Shown: positions 53,146 through 64,000 of the stretch, piece after piece
Position numbering within the stretch: the stretch's first letter is position 1
How the letters are laid out: every line of letters begins with the position of its first letter
NCBI GenBank assembly: GCA_964016885.1
Contig: OZ024754.1
Span: forward strand, 20,398,001 to 20,462,000
DNA: 64,000 nucleotides
Reading direction: 5' to 3'
From: Eledone cirrhosa
Lineage: Eukaryota
The notes under the pieces: generated by a model
Databases searched by the model: none
The model's input: the letters and a program-made list of their open reading frames with translations, nothing else
What the model was told of the DNA's origin: nothing
Made by a program: the position numbers and the translations under genes

Positions 53146-53840
53146 ATATATACTATGTAGCTACATAGTATATATATAATATATATATATATATACTATG
53201 TAGCCACATAGCTATATAGTATATATATAACTATATGTACTATAAAGCTATATAGTATATACAGCTATATGTATGCTATGTAGCTACATAGCTATATAAA
53301 CTGTCTTCGGTAATTCGCCATAAGAACACACACGCACGATATAAAAACATGACAACTGTTGGCAATTGGATTTTCATATTATATTCCCAACCCTGCATAA
53401 AAGTGTCGTATATTTAGCAAGTCCAACCTTCATTTCTAAACAGTTATCCATACGGCTTGTTCCAAATCTCGTAATATCTGTTTCGTAACAAACCATTTCC
53501 GCTGCTGGTTGATCGATTTCTGCGAAGAATATATTCCCATCAGTGCATTTATTTGCTTTAAACAACTGTAGCACCCACCAACCATTTTCCTGTTCATCCT
53601 TATATATATGTGTGTCTATACTCACTTTAGTTTTATCGATAAGCAATGTTATTCAAAATAACTATGCGAAAGAGTCAATCGAAGGCTCAGTCTTAATCTT
53701 TCTTCTATACATACGTTTGTTTACAGTTATTCATAAGCTAACACATTAATAGAGAGCACCATGTCGAGCGCATATGCAGCCATCCATTACAAATAAAGAT
53801 ATCATATATATATATATATACGCATTTATTGCAACCTTAC

Positions 53841-53924
<84 letters not shown>

Positions 53925-54091
53925 ATATACACACACACACACATATGTGTGTGTGTGTGTGTGTGTGTGTATTATATATATATATATATATAGTGTATTT
54001 TGCAATACACTGTATGCTTAATTAAAAGCATTTCGAAGACCTTACGCTATTGTTTTAGAGTACCAATTCTAATATATATATATATATATAC

Positions 54092-54160
<69 letters not shown>

Positions 54161-54249
54161 GAATTCCAACTTTGTCTGGTTTACTCGTTTTATTTACAAT
54201 CCTTTAAAATGATAATGGTATGGTAGAATATTAAATGTTAAGTGTTAAT

Positions 54250-54288
54250 TGAACAAGTACTTTCACGTTTTCGCAATCTTCAGGTTCA
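54250..54288 (-). ncRNA. Minimal type I hammerhead ribozyme motif
   Basis: Minus strand: tgaac CTGAAGA ttgcgaaaacgt GAAA gtac TT gttca. 5-bp stem I, short stem II, palindromic AGTACT stem III, in a ~165-bp island flanked by (TA)n. Confidence 0.7.
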
Positions 54289-54317
54289 TATTCTGTGGTG
54301 ACAGTCAAGTTCGCAAT

Positions 54318-54383
<66 letters not shown>

Positions 54384-54554
54384 TTTTAGTATGCAAGTAT
54401 ATGGAAAGAAAGAAAGAAAGAAAAGATCAACAAATTCACACAAGAGAGAGTGAGATAGCGAAAGAGGGTGAAATATAAATATGTAAAGGAGATTGATAGA
54501 GTAGGAGAAATGAAATATAATAAATGACGTCAGTGTGCAACTGGCATCAATACT

Positions 54555-55190
54555 GGAGGAGGTTCTATTGAGTCTACTTCTATTACTACTACTACAGCAG
54601 CGCCTATACTATTATCCATCATAGTAGGAGGAGGAGGGGGGTTCTGTTGAATCTACTACTACTACGACGATAGCAGCGCCTATACTATTACCCATCATAG
54701 GAGGAGGGGGTTCTATTGAATCTACTACTACGACGACAGCAGCGCCTATACTATTACCCATCATAGGAGGAGGGGGTTCTATTGAATCTACTACTACGAC
54801 GACAGCAGCGCCTATACTATTACCCACCATAGCAGGAGGGGGTTCTATTGAATCTATTACTACGACGACAGCAGCGCCTATACTATTACCCATCATAGGA
54901 GGAAGATGAGGGGGTTCTATTGAAACTACTACTACGACGACGACACAGCAGCGCCTATACTATTACCCATCATATGAGGAGGGGGTTCTATTGAAACTAC
55001 CACTACGACGACGACACAGCAGCGTCTATACTATTACCCATCATATGAGGAGGGGGTTCTATTGAAACTACTACTACGACAACGACACAACAGCGCCTAT
55101 ACTATTACCCATCATATGAGGAGGGGGTTCTATTGAAACTACTACTACTATTATTATTATTATTACTACGACGACGACAGCAGCAGCTTT
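54555..55190. repeat. ~60-69 bp tandem repeat, about 9-10 copies
   Basis: ggagggggttctattgaa(t/a)ctactactacgacgacagcagcgcctatactattacccatcata units with variable trinucleotide tracts. Confidence 0.95.
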
Positions 55191-55204
55191 ACCGAAACAA
55201 CACT

Positions 55205-55345
55205 ACATATGCAAATAAGGTAGGAGCCGTGTTGACCAATGAACGACGAGCAGAAAGATGTCACGTGCACCCGGTGAGTCGTTAATAGTTGGAGAGAAGG
55301 CTTTCTTATATCTGTGTGACAAACTTACAGTGAAAGGTAAATTTC
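55205..55345 (+). promoter_or_regulatory. Possible promoter or first-exon region
   Basis: Octamer ATGCAAAT (55209), CCAAT (55236), GTCACGTG E-box (55260) and AP-1-like TGAGTCG (55275) in a CpG-richer patch, followed by donor-like AAG|GTAAAT at 55337. Motif evidence only. Confidence 0.3.
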
Positions 55346-56999
55346 TTCATTTTATTTACCGAAATATATAAAAATAATAAGAGAGCAAGAGAAGTTAATA
55401 AGGATAATAATATAACGACATCAACAGTTTTTTTTTTCATTCTGAGGGAGTTTGTATTATTATTGTCTGTTTGCTATCATAAATAATTCTTTCATCGTTA
55501 TTTTCATTTGTGTTATTACAATCTCCTCCCTCTCCTGATAATAGTGTTTAGGGTGAGATATATATATATATACACATATATATATATATATACACACAAC
55601 ACTCACACACATACATATATATACAACACTCACACACACATATATACAGACACAGATTTAAATTCATACATACACACTATGTACATACACATTATATATA
55701 TAATATATACATACACTAGATAAGAGTCGGGATCCGATCGCATGATCAAACCCGTGCTGATCGATACACTATATAAATATGTATATAAATCAAATGTTAG
55801 ATATATATATATATATATATTAATACATAAGAGAGAATCGAATCGAACTTGTAGCCACCATGTAGCAGGTACTAATCGAGATGTTATATATATATATATA
55901 TATATATAATGATAAAATGAATATTGTATGACTAGAGTGACAACACCGGTTATTTACTGAGAGAAAATGGATGAAAAGAATGAAAACAATAGCAAATGAA
56001 AAAAAAATATATATATATATATTTATGGCATAAAATTGTAGCAGCAGAAATAGGTAATAGAAGATAGGTTTGAATATTTGAGGAGTAAGTTGAGTTTAGA
56101 AAGACTGTCTTTGAGTGTGTGTGTATATATATATATAATATATATACACTGCCGTTTATGTGTGAGTGCTTTGGATGTACAAACAGGAGAACGGGTACTC
56201 AATACATGTTAAATATATTTGTTGTATAGTGCGTGTGTGTATCTTGATTATAAATATATATATGTGTGGGTGTATAAATATCTAGATATGAATGTCATGG
56301 AAGAGTACTGAATACATGTAGTTATAATTGTGTGTATATATATATAAATATGAGTCCCGGGTTCAATCGGGAGTAACCACAGTAAAGTACTCAATACATT
56401 AGTAGTGTAAACATCAAATTGAATATATATATGTTTCTGTGTGTTTATTTATATAACGTATATATCCATTCACTCTTCTCTAAATATAGGATTTTTAATT
56501 ATATATTTTTGTCCTTTGCTCGTTCACAGTTTCTCGGCTAATTCGTTTTTGTGTGCCTCTTCCGATTCTAAACATCACCAAACTTTATATACATATGTAA
56601 AACCTCAAGACAACTGGATTAGTAAATTGTAACCAACAAGTTCGTGGATTATTTTTCCGTTTACACAAAATACCTTTTGATACTCTACTGGAAGAAGTAA
56701 AAAAAAAACCTCAATATTAAAAAAAACCCAAAGGTAAAACAATTATGACTTCTATTCTAATAGTGATATTAACACTAATCCATAACGAATTCTTGTATTT
56801 AAGTATTATAAAGCTTCAGTGTTTGATACGAAGAAGGGAAACAAGACGCTGTGGTACTCAATCCTTTCCCAACAATATAAATAGTAACAACTTACATGGG
56901 AACAAAACCGAATGGTGTTTCCCCTCTCAGTTTCTCCAGAAACCGTCGTAATCATTACACGCACACATAAATGTATATGTACACATACACATGTATGTA

Positions 57000-57053
<54 letters not shown>

Positions 57054-57109
57054 TACACATGTATGTATGTGTGTGTGTATATATATAATGTGTGTGTAGT
57101 ATGTTGATC

Positions 57110-57300
57110 CCCTCATCTCTGCTTTAGTGGAGCAGACGTCTGATCAAAGGCCAGCTGTGATTATCACCTCGGCTTTGCATTTGATACATCGTGTATCTAA
57201 GACTACATTATCCAATTTGTTCGTCCTTATTTAAGACAGGTGCGATTCGAAGACTAGTGTGCTATTTCTAGCCGGTCTATCGACCACATAGTGGCATATT
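57110..57300. repeat. Dispersed repeat with a diverged inverted copy at about 58470-58655
   Basis: gtgtatctaagactacattatcc...ctatttctagc...accacatag against ctacgtgg...gctagaggt...aatggtagtctgtgatacac. Confidence 0.45.
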
Positions 57301-57820
57301 ATTTGCTTCGTGTGTGTGTGTGTACATTTCACACACACACATATATTTCAGATAGAAATGACATCTACAGGACTAGAACTGTTTCATTCGTTTGAAATCA
57401 TCCGATTTTCCTGGTGATTTTAAAAGATCGAATGTTTTAGAAGTCATTTCTATCTGAAATATATTGTTTTTTTCTCTATTCAATGTATTGAGTACTTTAT
57501 TTAGCTGGTCTATTTTCTGTTCCTCTGCTCAACCATTCTTTATCATAAATATTTCTGGTAGAGAATCCCTGATACGGTCTTACCAACTGTCTGTCTGCGG
57601 ATCTATAACGATTGGGTTTACCAGTATCATGTTTCTTAAGAGTAGTGTTTATTGTATGTGTGTGTCTATATATACAGAGAGAGAGAGATATAGAGATAGA
57701 TAGATATTGTTACAGTTTGTTTACAAACCAAAGAATTTGAGAGTCTAAGAACAACAGTTCTGCATGATCCTATCATTACATTGAGCTAAAAAACACGTAG
57801 TAAATGAGTAAATTTTACTC

Positions 57821-57875
<55 letters not shown>

Positions 57876-58782
57876 AATGGCGTTCATACTCACACACACA
57901 TGGTCATGTGTGTGGAGAGAGGAGACAGCGTGCGGGATGGAGAGAGGAAAGTAGATATTATCCGGGTGAGTAATGAGAGAATGTTAGAAATATGGCTGCC
58001 ACTGTTGTGGCAGCATTTCTGTTCCATTGTCTTATCTCTAGACTTTTACAGGAACACACGCACACATATATATATATACCTGTATATATTATGTGCATGT
58101 GATTATATATATATGTATGTATGTATAAGCACATGCACACTTACAAGAACATGCACACACACACACATATGTATGTATGTATGTATATACACACATATAT
58201 ATGCGTGAAATGTATATATATATATAATTCAAATAAAAGGCAGAGTTACATACTCATATTAATACCCTGCAATCAATAAGCTCAAAGTATACCTTGGTAT
58301 ATCCTTGTAATTTTAAACACACAATTTACTGTGTTTATTTCTACATACATTATATATATATATGGTATTTCTGTACACACACATGTATATATATTATATA
58401 TATAAACACATGCATACACATATATATGTGTATGGATGTGTATATATAAATATATCATGGCATTTGTGGGCCTCCTCTACGTGGGCGCGTCTATTTGCTA
58501 GAGGTACCTGCTAAATACCCGAAATCATGAACGCTATTTCCGTTCTCTTAAATATAAGACATAAGTAAATGGTAGTCTGTGATACACCTTGTTCACGAAT
58601 GGAACGTCTTTCATCGTTGGTATGTTCAATGAAGGCTGACCTGCAGTTAAACAGCTGTGTGTGTATGTATATATATATATATATATTAAAGAGTTAAACA
58701 AGATTCAATGAGTATATCAAAGAATGAGTTTTACAGTAGTTTGGGAGCACTCTACAGTAAATTAATTTTAATATATATATAT

Positions 58783-58895
58783 ATAGGAAAATGTTCAAGA
58801 CCCCGACAGCAGAGCTGAAGCCGTTTCGACGGCTATCAGAAATAGCCGTCGAAACGGCTTGAGCTCTGCCGTCAGGGTCTTGAACATTTTCCTAT
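58783..58895. repeat. Near-perfect hairpin: 54-bp arms, 5-nt loop, 3 mismatches; contains the 3' half of a hammerhead
   Basis: ataggaaaatgttcaagaccccgacagcagagctgaagccgtttcgacggctat-cagaa-atagccgtcgaaacggcttgagctctgccgtcagggtcttgaacattttcctat. Confidence 0.95.
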
Positions 58896-59003
58896 TACCC
58901 ACTCTACTACCCTAAGTATTAAGTACTCTGGTGCGTTATGGTCCACCTGGTTCCTTACCACACTTCCTTCGTTATATATATATGTGTGTGTGTGTATACA
59001 AAC

Positions 59004-59042
59004 CGAGCTGATGATCCGAATAAGGTGAAACAATTGTTCTCG
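59004..59042 (+). ncRNA. Minimal type I hammerhead ribozyme motif
   Basis: cgag CTGATGA tccgaataaggt GAAA caattg TT ctcg. Stem I CGAG/CTCG, weak stem II, palindromic ACAATTGT stem III. Confidence 0.7.
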
Positions 59043-59312
<270 letters not shown>

Positions 59313-60342
59313 ACACACATATGTGTGTGTGTTATGTATTTCCGTAGAGAAGGTAAAGGAAAGAAGAGTGCTCTATGTATAGAACAGAGCTGTTTAATTA
59401 TATATAATTAATTCATGGAGCTCAAGGAATATATATTCCGGGCTCTTTATAAATCAACATATAGAGAGAAGTACACAAGAGATAAGTGTTCAACTGTGAC
59501 GACTTTTTCATTACTTTTTTTTTTAGAAATGTTTCTACCCACCCCTGTCTCCCTACACACATCTCTCACTCTTTCTACCCACCCCTCTCTGTCTCAATGA
59601 TCTTAACTGAGCCACCCCTCTTTAAAAGCCTTCCGATATTATTTCACCACCATCTCTCTAAACAATAGACCAATTCTACAAGTTAATACTATTTATATTG
59701 TTATATTTGGTGGGGTGGGTGTGTTAGTCTTCCTTTTGTCTGTCATGCTCGATTCGAAATCTAAACTATAATTAATAATAATAAAAATATTCGATCTTTC
59801 ATAAATGTTTAAGAAGAATCAATCGATTCCAGATTAATATTTCTTATATTTATTTCCTTCTCGAATATTTACGTATGTTTTGTTAGTCAGGGAATGAGCC
59901 ACAACGATAACATTAAAATCATGTAGATACCATGGATTTAGATGATACTGCACGAGAAGTGGACAGATTTAACATGATTTTTGTGATAATATAATTGAAA
60001 TTGCCAACTTTTGTTTGCCTGTCTTTCTATTTAAACATTTCTTTCACACATTGTCTTTCATACACACACACACACATCCCTTGTTAGCAGGGAAAGTGGA
60101 TATTAAAAGACGATGATTATATATATATATAATGTGTGTGTATGTATAAATCAAATGATGCTATTCTGCCTGACAATTGTGTGGGTGTTATTTAAAGTGG
60201 TCTTTACCTATAGCTCCGCAACAACATTGGTTTAGAATCTTTTAAGCATTACGTTATTGAAAATAGCTCTAAATTTCGTACATATTTCATTATATATGTG
60301 TATATATCTCTGTGTGTGTCTCTCTCTCCCCCTCTCTCTATA

Positions 60343-60407
<65 letters not shown>

Positions 60408-60934
60408 GTGTATTTATGTGTGTGTGTGTGGACTCGCGAAGATAAATTATCTCAGCAATGACGTTTTAAATAGTTTAATTGAAAATTTATTTTAGAGTGC
60501 GCGCCTGTGTGTACGTGTTCACTCCGATTCCTTGTTCGAATATTTCCTGTCAATGGATAATTTTGCTCCCGGAATACTGTGAACTTAGAACGTCTCAATC
60601 CAAAAATTTTGAGGGTGAACTTTGCTTGTTTGTCTGTGTGAGTGAGTGCATAATTTAGACATAAGCTACTTTATATAGATAAGGGTCTCCCAACCTACAG
60701 GGACCTAGGAATAATTAAAAGGTATAGAGTTTGATCAGTTTTTTTGTTTGTGAGAGCATGACATTTTCGTTAACAAGGGCAAGGGCCTCTTCTATGCTTT
60801 ATATAGCTTAAGGCCTCCCAACCATGTCTAAATCTGGCATTATGTTCTCTGTCTATGTGGTACTTAGAAATTCCTTCACTGCGTTAATTACTTCAATTAT
60901 CTTTGGAATCCAACATTTTTTTCTTTTTTTATTT

Positions 60935-61055
60935 GCATATATATGTGTATGTATGTATTTGTGTATATATAAATATATACATGTATATATATATATATGT
61001 GTGTATATATATATATATATGTGTGTTTTTATATATATATATATATGTTTTTATG

Positions 61056-61089
<34 letters not shown>

Positions 61090-61199
61090 TGTATGTATGT
61101 ATGTATGTATGTATGTATGTATATATGTATGTATGTATATATATGTATGTATGTATATATATGTATGTATATGTATATATGTATGTATGTATATATATG

Positions 61200-61231
<32 letters not shown>

Positions 61232-62260
61232 TATGTATGTATATATATATATGTATGTGTATATATATATATGTATGTGTATATATATATATGTATGTGT
61301 ATATATATATATGTATGTGTATATATATATATGTATGTGTATATATATATATGTATGTGTATATATATATATGTATGTGTATATATATATATGTATGTAT
61401 GTATATATATATATATGTATGTATATATATATATGTATGTATATATATATGTATGTATATATATATGTATGTATATATATATGTATGTATATATATATGT
61501 ATGTATGTATATATATATGTATGTATGTATATATATATATATATGTATGTATATATATATATATGTATGTATATATATATATATGTATGTATATATATAT
61601 ATATATGTATGTATATATATATATATGTATGTATATATATATATATACATGTATGTATATATATATGTATATATATATATATGTATGTATATATATATGT
61701 ATATATATATATATGTATGTGTATATATATGTATGTATGTGTATATATATGTATGTATGTGTATATATATGTATGTATGTGTATATATATATATATATGT
61801 GTGTATATATATATATATGTGTGTATATATATATATATATGTGTGTATATATATATATATGTGTGTATATATATATATATGTGTGTATATATATATATAT
61901 ATGTGTATATATATATATATATATGTGTGTATATATATATATATATGTGTATATATATATATATATATATGTGTATATATATATATATATGTGTATATAT
62001 ATATATATATATGTGTCTATATATATATATGTGTGTATATATATATGTGTGTATATATATATGTGTATATATATATATATGTGTGTATATATATATGTGT
62101 GTATATATATATGTGTATATATATATATATGTGTATATATATATATATGTGTATATATATATATATGTGTATATATATGTATATGTATATATATATATGT
62201 GTATATATGTATATGTATATATATATATGTGTATATATGTATATGTATGTATATATATGT

Positions 62261-62300
<40 letters not shown>

Positions 62301-62444
62301 GTATATATATATATGTATGTATATATATGTATATATATATATATGTATGTATATATATGTATATATATATATATGTATGTATATATATGTATATATATAT
62401 ATATGTATGTATATATATATATATATGTATGTATATATATGTAT

Positions 62445-62498
<54 letters not shown>

Positions 62499-62500
62499 GT

Positions 62501-62536
<36 letters not shown>

Positions 62537-62819
62537 GTATGTATATATATGTATGTATATGTATGTATATATATGTATATATATATATGTATATATATAT
62601 GTGTATATATATGTATATATATATATATGTATATATATGTGTATATATATGTATATATATATATGTGTATATATATGTATATATATATATGTGTATATAT
62701 ATGTATATATATATATGTGTATATATATGTATATATATATATGTGTATATATGTGTATATATATATATGTGTATATATGTGTATATATATATATGTGTAT
62801 ATATATGTATATATATATG

Positions 62820-62896
<77 letters not shown>

Positions 62897-63013
62897 GTAT
62901 ATATGTATATATATGTATATATATGTATATATGTATATATATGTATATATATGTATATATATATGTATATATGTATATATATGTATATATATGTATATAT
63001 ATATATATATATG

Positions 63014-63064
<51 letters not shown>

Positions 63065-63347
63065 TTATGTATATATATGTATATATATTTATGTATATAT
63101 ATGTATATATATTTATGTATATATATGTATATATATTTATGTATATATATGTATATATATTTATGTATATATATGTATGTATATATATGTATATATATGT
63201 ATGTATATATATGTATATATATGTATATATATGTATGTATATATATGTATATATATGTATGTATATATATTTATGTATATATATGTATATATATGTATGT
63301 ATATATATTTATGTATATATATGTATATATATTTATGTATATATATG

Positions 63348-63412
<65 letters not shown>

Positions 63413-63437
63413 GTATATATATGTATGTATATATATG

Positions 63438-63474
<37 letters not shown>

Positions 63475-63776
63475 GTATATATATGTATGTATATATATTT
63501 ATGTATATATATGTATATATATGTATGTATATATATTTATGTATATATATGTATATATATGTATGTATATATATGTATATATATGTATGTATATATATTT
63601 ATGTATATATATGTATATATATGTATGTATATATATGTATATATATGTATGTATATATATTTATGTATATATATGTATATATATGTATATATATATATGT
63701 ATGTATATATATGTATATATATGTATGTATATATATGTATATATATATGTATGTATATATATGTATATATATATGT

Positions 63777-63816
<40 letters not shown>

Positions 63817-63818
63817 GT

Positions 63819-63858
<40 letters not shown>

Positions 63859-63964
63859 GTATATGTATATATATGTATGTATATATATGTATATATATAT
63901 ATATGTATGTATATATATGTATATATATATATATGTATGTATATGTATGTATGTATATATATGT

Positions 63965-64000
<36 letters not shown>
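60935..64000. repeat. (TA)n/(TATG)n/(TG)n mosaic microsatellite, over 3 kb, running off the window end
   Basis: Directly visible. Confidence 0.98.

Noticed and set aside
56185-57500. Recurrent gtactcaatac motif (about 56195, 56305, 56387, 56855, inverted at 57484)
   Set aside because: Probably short ends of a dispersed repeat family, but too short and diverged to define boundaries or function from this window.
61051-61650. YI/HT-rich ORFs here and at other (TA)n/(TG)n tracts
   Set aside because: Microsatellite translations.

Overview
Eukaryotic, AT-rich, repeat-saturated DNA. The SINE types, (TA)n/(TATG)n density and LINE families suggest a cephalopod, probably Octopus (inference, no database search was run). 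I found no confidently supported host protein-coding gene. Main content: (1) two decayed Ty3/Gypsy LTR retrotransposons of the CsRn1/Kabuki type, with CHCC Gag motif and tRNA-Trp PBS (914-4456 +, 34758-37642 -). (2) A 5'-truncated CR1/L2-like LINE (about 11349-34472) in which one 61-bp piece of the ORF2 C-terminus has expanded in place into a ~22.8-kb satellite (about 370 copies) with higher-order repeats; the LINE's own upstream ORF, stop codon, 3' UTR and tail still flank it. (3) Several minimal type I hammerhead-ribozyme motifs with palindromic stem III (Penelope-like/retrozyme type), mostly in or beside fold-back inverted repeats between (TA)n tracts. (4) RTE LINE fragments, many SINE copies, and several mini- and microsatellites. 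Nearly all ORF-track entries are artefacts of low-complexity or tandem DNA. Coordinates were read by eye and may be off by a few bases.
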